Source of the DNA: Haplodiscus bocki
Taxonomy: Eukaryota
Reading direction: 5' to 3'
Assembly (NCBI GenBank): GCA_965655095.1
Contig: OZ296650.1
Span: 79,298,001 to 79,362,000 of the forward strand
Length of the DNA: 64,000 nt
The number at the start of each line of letters is the position of its first letter. Position 1 is the stretch's first letter. Shown in pieces: positions 1 to 12,000 of this stretch. A program made the position numbers and the translations under genes. Under the pieces are notes generated by a model. The model had not been told where the DNA came from, ran no database searches, and worked only from the letters and a program-made list of their open reading frames with translations.

Positions 1-3000
1 TTGTAATGGCTATTCTGAACCGCATTAGTTCCAAAAGAGTCAAAACAATAAATTTTTCAAAAACTCTTCCCTCCAAAAACACGTTGCTGACTAAGATTTT
101 CATGGATGAATTCAGGCCATTAGCTACTGAGAAAAATGATTCATTGTGGCAAGAAGCTTCAGCTCTGATAGCGTTTCGGTCGTTTCGAACACACACAATT
201 CGTATTATAGCACAGCACCCTCTGGTTGTCTAATTGACTCTCCTCTGCAGGAAACGCTGTTGACTGAGGCCTTGATTGAAGAAACGAAACTAATAGTAAT
301 GGCGACTTGATGTTTTGAATATCGAGTTGAGTCACTTCATAGGGATAATAAAACCATCCATGGCTAGTTTTACCCACAAAAATTCCGACAGAAAGAATAA
401 AACTAAGAATTTTCCAGTCAAAAGGCCTCCATGGAAAAAGTTTTGCTGACTGAGGTTATGGTTGAAGCCTTTAAATTATTAGTTACTGAGAGACATGAAA
501 GATCATATTGAAAAAATTCAATTTCAATTTCGTTTCTGGTAGATGTGGATTGACGCGATTCCGGTTGCATGAACAAAACCGGGGATTTTGTATTCAAAAA
601 CTCCTCTACGAAAAACTATGTAATTTACACCGTGATAGAACAAATCAATTTTTTTGGAAATATAAATTTTTGAAAATGGGTATATGCCATTATTGATAGC
701 GAGGATGCAAATTGTGGTTATTACAAAGTGCAAAAATTCCTTAAGAAAGAACAACATCGGTGGCTTTCAATTAATCAGCCCTTCAAAAAAAACTGATTGA
801 CGACTTCATGGAAGCATTCAGGCCCAAAAACCCAAAAACGTTGGAAAATATGATTTTTCAATGGAAGATCTTTCAATGATAATGGCACTTTTGATATTTC
901 CGGAAAAGCACGAGTCTGGCTCCAAGACCAATGACAAAAACTTTTCAAATAAAAAAACCTCCACGAAACAAACTAGGAGATCCTGATAGAAGAAATCAAG
1001 CTAGATGTTTTGGAGACTTATGAATTTGAATTTCAAGATGAATGATTTTTTATTAGCAAAAGAAGTTGGCTGTTTTGAATCACTGTGGATCCAAAAAAAA
1101 ACAAAACTGTTATTTTTCGGAATGAGAGCCCTCCGGAAGCCAAACATTCTAAGTTGTGATCTGGCTAAAAGCCTTCAGGCCTAAGATTTAATGAGAAACA
1201 TACGTTCTTATAGCGAGTTAATTACATTAAAGCAAGGTTCTCGGTACAATTGGACTAACATTGCTCCAACTCCCGTTTGAAAAACACGGAGTTTCTATTC
1301 AGAAATTTGATGCAATGAGAAAGTGAAGGAAAAAACTAAGCCAATAGTTCCGCACATTTGTGGATTTCGAATGTCGATAATTATCAAAAGTAAGAACAAG
1401 GAACATTTGGATATCTGGAACCACAATCTTAACAACAAGAAAGAACAAAGGCGATGATTTTTCAAAAGCACAGCTCTCCCTCAAGAATTTAATACCACTG
1501 AGACTTTTATGGATGCGTTCAGGCTATTGCTTACTGAGCAACACGACTCTTCATGTCGAGATGTTCCGAAAGGGAAAGCGCATTTGATTTTTTCGGACAA
1601 ACATGATTGCGTTTTCAGGAGCAAACTCATTGACTTCCCAGACGAAACATATTTTACCCACAACTTTGGACTAAGGCCTTAATGAAACAATTTAAGCAGG
1701 TATATTTAGAGGTAAAGAGATAAAAATATCAAGTTGAGACAGAATAATTAGCAAAGAATATGTTATTCTTGGCTTATTCGAATTGCAATGGTTCCTACAG
1801 GAAAAACGAGGGCGATGCTTTTACCGATGTGCAACCCTCAATAAGAAATTTTTTGAAATGCCACCTTGATCGAAACAACCCGGCCAACATCTGTTGAAAA
1901 ACATGGAAGTTTATAGGGAGATGAAACACCATTTTTAAGGTTTTTGCTAATTTTGGACAAAACCTATAAAATTTCAGATAAAATACTACGGCACTCAAAA
2001 CAATCTTGGTTAAAATTCGATGGAAAAAACCAAGCTGATGAATATGGAGGTGTATATGTTTGAATATCGAAATAAGTAAGTATTAAGGGCAGAAAAGCAA
2101 AATTCCAACAGAAAGTGAAAAAACAATGGATTTTCGAAAAAGCATATCTTCAACACACACCCTGCTGAATGAGACTAGTTGGAAGCTTTCAGGCCAGTAG
2201 TTGTTGAGTGACATGAAAAACCATATCAATAGAGTTCAGGAACAAACAGCACTTTTAGCGAAGTTGGATTAACACGATTGCAGTTTCAGTCACAAAACTG
2301 CGGAACTTCCAAGCGAAAACTCTTCGACAAAAAAGACAGCCGATTGAAAAATTGATGGAACGAATCAAGTTTATCAATGTTTATAGTTGAGGACTTACAG
2401 AAACTTGAACATCAAGAAGGGTCAGTATTATTAGCGAAAAAGATGTAATTTCTGGCTAATTCGAATCACGATATTTCCAACAGAAAAAACAAGACCAACA
2501 GTTTTTAGAAACGCAGCCCAGCATAAAAAATTTGTTTAATAAGACCTTCATGGAACGATTGAAGACAACAGATCATCAGAAGAAGGAATTTTCAAAAGCG
2601 AGATAAGTCAATACTCATAGCGTTTTTCGCGTGTTCGAACAAAACCGATTGTGGTTCCAAGAGCAAATTCTAAGACTTCCATTCCAACAAACTCTCCTGA
2701 AAAAAAGCTGCTGATGTGTATATTGATGGAAAAAACAAAGCCAAGGGTTATCGAGATATATGAGTTCTTAAGTTGCGATAATCCAATATCGACAACGTTT
2801 TTGGTAAACTTGGGCCAAAACGATTATTTTCTCAGCAACAATGACCTATGATTTTTAAATCGAGTCTTACTCCAAAAAAACGAGCCTGATTGAGTTTTTG
2901 ACGGAACAAATGATTCCAATAGTTTTCGTAAATTTTGATTTTGAAGATGGCTACATGTCAAGGGTAATGGCAAAGTAGCAAATTTTGGCTTTTTCGAACC

Positions 3001-4253
3001 ACAAGGATAGCAACAGAATGAACAAGAGCGACAGTTTTTCACAATTGCAGCCCTCAACCACAAATTTTTGTTAACTGAGACTGTCATGAATGCATGCAGG
3101 CCATAAGTAGGTGAGAAGCTTGAATTCTCAACGAGAAATGATTCAAAACGAATAAGAAGAGTTGCCTGTTTTGAGAAAACACGACTAGGTTTCCAAAAAT
3201 TTTCCAATTAGAAAACATTTCGGAAAGGACTTTTGACCGACACCTTGATGGGAGAAACCAAGTCCACTTGTCAGGGTAAAAGAAATTGGAACTCGAGAGA
3301 AGTCAAAAGTTTTGGCAAGAAAGCAATTTTTGGTTGTTTCGAAGCACAATAGCTGCAAGTTATATTTTCAGTTAAGAGACATTTCCATGCTAAGCGTTTT
3401 CGATTGAGACATATCTAGAAACCTTCAGGCCAGCAGTTTTTGAGAAACATGATTTTTCTAGCGAGATAAAGCAAAAAATGTCGTTGATGGTAATTGATGG
3501 TAAGTTCCAGTCCTTTACCACATCACAAAACGTGTTGCTGACTGACACCCTGATGGATGAAATCATCTTCAAAGGTACAGATGTACGGCAAATTGAGGAG
3601 CCAGAGAGATCAACATTATTCACGAAGATGCTGTTTTTGGCTAAATCGAATCACAATGGATCTAACAACACAAAGCCAGTAGGACGGTTTTTCAAATGAA
3701 CATCCCTTTGCAGAAATGTTGTTGATTGAGCCTTTGATGGAATCTTTCGGGCCAAAAGTTCGTAAGAGACATGAGTTTTCATAGCCATATATTACACATT
3801 TAGTGACGTTCCTGGTATTTTTGGTCAAACACGATTCCGTTTCCACGAAGGGAACCTATGAACCCTGCAATCGAGTACTACTCCGCCAAAGCAATGAGCA
3901 TTCGGTGGAGGAAATCCGACCAATAGTTACGGAGCTACTGGAATTTGAAGATCAACTTAGTCAAAATCAATGGAGAAGAAAATGAGGTGTTCATTTCGAA
4001 CGACAAAGATTCCAACAAAATGATATGACTAAATGGGTTTTAAAATGGGCAGCCTTCCAATGAAAACATTGCTGACTGAGACATTGATGGAGGCATTCAG
4101 GCCAATAGTTACTGAGGGACCTGATAAAACATATCGATACAAAACAAAAGAAGTAGAACTTTCGACAAAGTTGGACTAACACGACTGCTGTTCTAGTCAC
4201 AACGTTGTGGATTTACTAACCGAAAACTCATAAACAAAAAATTGTTCACAGAA

Positions 4254-5269
4254 AATTCTTGCTTCTCTTTATTCAAACGCCTAATTGCATTGTAATAACT
4301 TTTTAGGGATGCCGTTGTGATTGCTAGCTAAGTTAATACTGCGGATAAAATTAGTCTGACCTGACTTGAGTACTCAGATAAATCTAAGTTTTCTCAGTTT
4401 TCATCCGAAGAAACAACCAGCCCCTACTTGGATAACACTTCAAAACTAGAGTGTTTTCTGGATGACAAACCTTCCAGAAAAGGCATCAACCAAAACTACA
4501 AACAGCAGTACAATAAATCCATATATATATTTCAGGAACTTCTTCTTTAAATGTGTATGTATTAAAACTGACATAGACTAAAGCTGAATTGTTCTTCACC
4601 TTGAAATGTAATTCAGTCATGATACGTCATCAACCCCAATTTAAAAAAACCATCTGAAACTTTGGAAAGAAAGCAGAATGCCCAATAAACTGAAATCTAC
4701 CACTCCAACCTGATAACTGATAATCCATGATTGTTTCGCACCTAAAATTTTAGTTCGAACCTTCGAGATTTAACTGATAAACCTAGTTTAACCTACCGAA
4801 AACTCCTGTAAAAAGGAGAGATCAGGAAAAACTGAACCTTTTTAAAACTGAAACTTTTCGCTGAGGACAAAATACTTTGACGAGACCATGAAAAAATCAT
4901 AAACTGAAAATCGACCGAAGTGTCCTAACATTGTTTTGACCATCCCTTGAAGTTTAACTTCTAAAATCAAAAGTCCACTCGGATGTAATACATACACATT
5001 AATAGAAGTAGTTGCTCCTTTATCGTTGGCCAAAACGTAACGCTGCGTTTATTTCTTGTTTATGACTTTTTATGAAAATTTATGATCTAGATATAAATCC
5101 AGATTTGAAGTAATATCAAAGTAGAAAATAGTTGCTTCTTAAGAGCAAAACTGAGAAATCTTACAATTATCTGAGTACGCAAAAAAGATCAAATCAACCC
5201 AATCCGATCTTTTAATTTAGCTAGCAACCACAACAACGTCCGCAAAAGTTTAATACAATGCATTCAGGC
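4254..5269. mobile_element. Non-autonomous foldback/MITE-like element, copy 1 (variant alpha); inverted arms ~4279-4566 and ~4984-5269
   Basis: The left arm 'gcctaattgcattgtaataac...aaatgtgtatgtatta' is the imperfect reverse complement of the right arm 'tgtaatacatacacatt...ttaatacaatgcattcaggc'. A ~420-bp non-coding spacer separates them. The element interrupts satellite 1, and an empty site is visible at ~23590. Confidence 0.75.
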
Positions 5270-6125
5270 CAAAAAACAGTGAAAGGCATGAAATTTCATA
5301 GGAAGATGATTCAAAAAGAATGGGTCTTTTGGCTAAATTGGACGAACATGATTTCAGTTCGAGGAACAAATTCTTCGACTTTCCCAAAAGGAAACCCTTC
5401 CAAAATAACTGCTGGTTGAGACGGTGATCGATGAAATCAAGCGCATAGTACCTTGGATTCATGGAATTGAAAATCGACGGAAATCAGCAATATCGCCAAA
5501 GAAACAATTTTTGGCTGTTTCAATTCTCAATGATTCCGAAAAAAAGGAACGGTCGTTTTTAAATTGAGCAGTTCTGAACAAAAAATGTGGAAAGAAACCT
5601 CGAAGGCTTCAGGCCAAATGTTGATGAGAAACATGAGTTTTAACAGGTATCTAATACAAACATGGTGGCATTTGTGGTAATTTTGGACAGAAACGATTCT
5701 GGTTTCACAAAAAAAAGCTATTAAAATACCAATGGGGTACTACTGCGCCAAGAAAAGTGCTGATTGAGTGTTTGATGGAAGAAATTCTTCAGATAGCTAA
5801 GGAGCTACTGGGAATTGAAGGTCAACATGAGTCAAAGGCAATGGCAAAAATGTATAAGGTGTTCAATTCGAACGACTAAAATTGCAAAAAAGTGATCTGA
5901 CTAAATGGGTTTTAAAATGGCCAGCCTTTCAACGAAAACGTTGCTGACTGAGACATCGATGGAGGCTTTCAGGCCAATAGTTACTGAGGGACCTGATAAA
6001 ACATATCGATACAAAACAAAAGAAGTAGAACTTTTGACAAAGTTGGACTAATACGACTGCGAATCTAGTTACAAGGTCGTGGATTTACTAGAAGAAAAAT
6101 CATATACAAAAGTTTATTCATAGAA

Positions 6126-7136
6126 ATTTCTTGCTTCTCAATACTCAAACGCCTAAATGCATTGTATTAACTTTTTAAGGATGTTGCTGAGATTGCGAGC
6201 TAAATCAAAACTTCGGATAGAGCTGATTTGATCTAACTTGAGTACTCATATAATTCTGAGATTTCTCAGTTTTTCTCTTGACAAACAACTAGTCTCTACT
6301 TGGATAATACTTCGACTCTAGATTTTTTTTAGTCCACAAATATTCATGAAAAGGCATAAACAAAAAACAAAAACAGGGTTGCTTTTTGTCCAATGAATTT
6401 TCAGGAACTTCTTCTCTAAATGTGTTTGTATTACAACTGACATAGACTGAAGTCGCTTTATTCTTCACATTGGCATGTAACTCTGTCAGGATATGTCATC
6501 GACCCCAAACTAAAATTAACTTCTGAAGTTTTCGAAAGAAAGTGAAAACCCCACAAACTGAAATCAACCATTCCAGATTGATAACTGATAATCCAAGATT
6601 GTTTCGCACCTAAAGCTAGAGGTCGAACACTTCGAGACTTACTTGATAAAACCAGCTTAAACTACCGAAAAGTCCTGTAAAAAGGAGAGATTAGGAAAAA
6701 ATCAACCTTTTTACAATTGAAACACTATACAGAGAACAAGAAACTTCGAAGAGCATGAAAAAATCTAAAACTTAAAACCCAGTGGAACGAGCCAACGTTT
6801 TTATGAAAATGTCGTGAAATTCAATTTTTAAAATTAAAGGTCCAACCGGATGTGAGACATACACATTCAGAGAAGTATTTCCTGAAACATCCTTGGACAA
6901 AACGTAACTCTGTCTATATATCTTGTTTATGACTTTCTATGAAAATCTATGATCTAGGTATAATTGCATATTTGAAGTAATATCCAAGCAGAGAATAGTT
7001 GTTTCTTAAGAGAAAAAGTCAGAAATCTTAGAATAATCTGAGTATTCAAGTTACATCAAATCTACCTTATCCGTAGTATTAACTTAGCTAGTAACCACAA
7101 CGAGATTCCCAAAAAGTTAATACATTTCATTCAGGC
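6126..7136. mobile_element. Foldback element copy 2 (variant beta)
   Basis: Same arm/spacer structure and same satellite junctions, 1872 bp downstream of copy 1. Confidence 0.75.
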
Positions 7137-7997
7137 CAATAAAAAGTGAGTGGAGTGACTTTTCATAGAAAGATGATTCAAAAAGAATGGATCTTTTGGC
7201 TATTTTGAACGAACTTGATTCCAATTTCAGGAACAAAGTTTTTGATTTTCCCAATAGAAAAACCTTCGGAAATAGCTGCTGGTTGACACCGTGATCGATG
7301 AAATCAAGCCCATAGTAACTGGGATTTATGATATGGAAAATCGACGGAAATGAGCATTATCGCCAATGAAACATTTTGTGACTGTTTCAAAATCTCGTTG
7401 GTTCCGAAAGAAAAAAAAGGAACGGTGGTTTTTCAATTGAGCAAATTTTCACAAAATTTTGTGGGAAGAAACCTCGAAGCCTTAGGGCCAATTTTTTGTG
7501 AGGAACATGAGTTTTCACAGGTATCTAATACAAACTTAGGGGCGTTTGTAGTATTTTTGACAAAAACGATTCTGGTTTCACGAACAAAAATTATTAAAAT
7601 ACCAATGGAGTAATACTGCTCCAAAAAAGTGCTGCTCGAGTGTTTGATGGAGGAAATTATTCGAATAGCTAAGGAGTTAATGGAAATTGAAGACCAACAT
7701 AATTCAACAGCAATGGCAAAGAAGTAGAAGGTGTTCAGTTCGAACGACGACGATTCCAACAAAAGGAGCTGACAAGATGCGTTTTGAAATGGACAGAATT
7801 CCAATGAAAACGTAGCTGACTGAGACATTGACGGAGAAATTCAGGCCAATAGTTACTGAGGGACCTGATAAAACATATCGATACAAAACAAAAGAAGTAG
7901 AACTTTCGACAAAGTTGGACTAACACGACTGCTGTTCTAGTCACAACGTTGTGGATTTACTAAACGAAAACTCATAAACAAAAAATTCTTCACAGAA

Positions 7998-9013
7998 AAT
8001 TCTTGCTTCTCTTTCTTCAAACGCCTAATTGCATTGTAATAACTTTTTAGGGATGCCGTTGTGATTGCTAGCTAAGTTAATACTGCGGATAAAATTAGTC
8101 TGACCTGACTTGAGTACTCAGATAAATCTAAGTTTTCTCAGTTTTCATCCGAAGAAACAACCAGCCCCTACTTGGATAACACTTCAAAACTAGAGTGTTT
8201 TCTGGATGACAAACCTTCCAGAAAAGGCATCAACCAAAACTACAAACAGCAGTACAATAAATCCATATATATATTTCAGGAACTTCTTCTTTAAATGTGT
8301 ATGTATTAAAACTGACATAGACTAAAGCTGAATTGTTCTTCACCTTGAAATGTAATTCAGTCATGATACGTCATCAACCCCAATTTAAAAATACCATCTG
8401 AAACTTTGGAAAGAAAGCAGAATGCCCAATAAACTGAAATCTACCACTCCAACCTGATAACTGATAATCCATGATTGTTTCGCACCTAAAATTTTAGTTC
8501 GAACCTTCGAGATTTAACTGATAAACCTAGTTTAACCTACCGAAAACTCCTGTAAAAAGGAGAGATCAGGAAAAACTGAACCTTTTTAAAGCTGAAACTT
8601 TTCGCTGAGGACAAAATACTTTGACGAGACCATGAAAAAATCATAAACTGAAAATCGACCGAAGTGTCCTAACATTGTTTTGACCATCCCTTGAAGTTTA
8701 ACTTCTAAAATCAAAAGTCCACTCGGATGTAATACATACACATTAATAGAAGTAGTTGCTCCTTTATCGTTGGCCAAAACGTAACGCTGCGTTTATTTCT
8801 TGTTTATGACTTTTTATGAAAATTTATGATCTAGATATAAATCCAGATTTGAAGTAATATCAAAGTAGAAAATAGTTGCTTCTTAAGAGCAAAACTGAGA
8901 AATCTTACAATTATCTGAGTACGCAAAAAAGATCAAATCAACCCAATCCGATCTTTTAATTTAGCTAGCAACCACAACAACGTCCGCAAAAGTTTAATAC
9001 AATGCATTCAGGC
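7998..9013. mobile_element. Foldback element copy 3 (alpha), near-identical to copy 1
   Basis: Offset 3744 bp from copy 1; ORFs 4842 vs 8586 and 5250 vs 8994 are almost identical. Confidence 0.75.
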
Positions 9014-12000
9014 CAAAAAACAGTGAAAGGCATGAAAATTCATAGGAAGATGATTCAAAAAGAATGGGTCTTTTGGCTAAATTGGACGAACATGATTTCA
9101 GTTCGAGGAACAAATTCTTCGACTTTCCCAAAAGGAAACCCTTCCAAAATAACTGCTGGTTGAGACGGTGATCGATGAAATCAAGCGCATAGTACCTTGG
9201 ATTCATGGAATTGAAAATCGACGGAAATCAGCAATATCGCCAAAGAAACAATTTTTGGCTGTTTCAATTCTCAATGATTCCGAAAAAAAGGAACGGTCGT
9301 TTTTAAATTGAGCAGTTCTGAACAAATTTGAAATTTTAAGAGGAGTTGACTAATATTTTTTGGCGCTCTTGGTTTACTTCGAAAACCACGATTTCGGTTC
9401 CAGAATCGAAACCGTTTACCTTGCAATCAAAGAACTCACCACGCATTACTGTTTTTCCAGATCTTGATGGAAGAACTTAAGCCGATAGTTATGGAGATAC
9501 ATGAACTTGAAAGTCGAGGTAAGTCATTATTGAATGCTAAGAATTTTTTGTTTATAACCAGCCGCAATGATTGCAACAAAAGTAGCAAAACTGATAGTTT
9601 TACAAATGAACAGCTCCCCAGATCTATATGCTTGTTGCTTGAGAATCCGATCGCCGCGTTCAAGCCAACATTTTATGCGAAACCATAAATTTCAGCCCGA
9701 GTTTTTTCTATATTCTCAACATTTGTGGTTTTTAGAACAAGCTCAATTCCGGTTGCGCGAACACAAATTATGACATTCCAAGATAAAAACGGTCCAAAAT
9801 GAAACTGCTAATTGATACCTTGATGCAAGAAAAAAACCAATTATCACGTTAATTCATGAGTTTGAACATCGAGGTGAGTCAATGTTAATGGCAAAAAAGC
9901 GATTTTTGGATGTTGTGGAAGGCAATGTTTCCAATTGATTAAACAAAACCAATCAATTCCAGTGGGGTAATCTCCCTCAACGAATAAAATTGACTGAGAA
10001 CCTGATGGAAGCGTTCAGGCTGATAGTTACTGCGAAAATTGATTTTTCAAGGCGAAGCACTTCGAATTTGATACCGATACCTTAGTTTTGGGCAAAGATA
10101 TTTTCTGTCCAAGGAAGGTTACGAAATGGCTTTGTATTCGAGCATACTTTCTATAAAACGATACTAATAAGAATTTCGACGAACCAAAGACAATTGTCAG
10201 GCAGGTTTGTTTTTTGAAGGCCGTGTTGAGTCAATAATAAGAGCTAACAAAAAGACATTGCTTAATTTTAATCACAAAAAATCCAAGAGTGAGGTTAAAA
10301 CCGAACGCTCTTTCCTCAAAAGTCCCCCACGAGCAAAAGTTTGCTGACTACGTTGTTGATCAAGGCATTCAGGCAGTAACTTTCTGAATGCAAACTACTT
10401 CACAAAAACTGCTGTTTGCGACCTTATTGCAGGAAATTCAAGCAAAAGTTCCGGAAAAATTTGAGCTTTCAAGGCGAGATGATTCTATATTATTGGCATT
10501 TCCGTTTGTTTTTTGAAAAACAAGATTCCGGTTCCAGGTTCAGAACCTGAGACCTTCCTATAACAAAACCATTTACAAAAAAAGGTCATTCAGACATTGT
10601 TGTCAGAATTGTCTAGGCAACAGCAATGTTATGCAAGGCATTCTATTTAAATTGTTGCCGGTTGACAACCTAATGGAATCTTGCAGACCAATGTTTACTG
10701 AGAGACATGAAAAGTCATAACGTTACGTCTGGAAAAACAGCAATGTCGTCACATTCGGACTCCTGAGGTTGCGGTTTCGATCTTAAAACCCAACTATTTC
10801 GAAACGGCATTTACTCCACAAAAAACGGTTGGTTTTGCTTCTGATTGTAGAAGTCAAGCCAAAAGGTATATACTTATTTTGAATTTTGAAGACATAACTC
10901 ATTATTGTTAGCGCTTTTGGTTAATTTGCACAAACACGATACCGGCTCCAGAATTGAAACTTCTGACTTTTCAATCAAAAATTTTATTACGGAAAGACCG
11001 TTGATCTTTACCAAGATAAAAGAACAACAACAAAAATAGCAAAACTGATAGTTTTACAAGTGACAAGTGAACAGCTCTCCAGTGCCACATGCTTGTTCAC
11101 TGAGATCTCGATGGCTGCGTTCAAGCCAACGGTACTTGCAAAACATAACTTTTCAGCTCGAGTTACTTCCTTGTTCCTAGCATTTGTGTTATTTAGGAGA
11201 AACACAATTCCGGTTCCAGGAACAAAAACATAAGACTTTCCAATCCAAAAACGCTTCAAAGAGAAACTGCTGATCAATACGTTCATGGAAGAAAAAAAAC
11301 AAATGTCACGTTGACTCATGAGTTTGAACATCGAGAGAAATCGTTTTTAGTGATGGAGAAGCAAATTTTGGCTGTTTTGGACCCTAATAAATCCAACAGC
11401 TTAAGCAAAAGCAATCAATTTCAATTGGACAATTTCCTTAAACAATTAAAGTTGACTGAAAGCCTGATGGAAGCGTTCAGGTTTTTAGTTATTGAGAAAA
11501 TTGCTTTTTCAAGGCGAGACCTTTATATCTTGAGAGCTATATCGTAATATTGGGCAAAGACGATTTTTGTCCCAGGACTAATAGGACATGATTTTGTATT
11601 TGAGTAATCTTCCCGAAAAAAGATGGTGATAAGTTCTTGATTGAAGAAACAAAGCCAAAACTTTCGGGAAAATACTTTTTGACGGCCGACTTGAGTCAAC
11701 ATTAAGGGCTAACAAAAAAAATATAACGACAATAATTCTAATAGAGATAGCGAAATCGACTGTTCTCAACTCGAAAACCCCTGAAGAGCAAGTTTTTGCT
11801 GACTAGGTTTTTGATCGAGGCATTCAGGCAGTAGTTACTGAGAAGTATGAAATATCATATCGGGATAATTTAAAATTTACAGCAATCTTGGCATGTTTGG
11901 ACAACCACAATTGCGGTCCTGGTCACAAAACTTAGATTTTTCAATTTCGAAAAATTTTCAGAAAAAGCGGTTGTTTGAGACCCTGCTGCAAAGATTCAAA

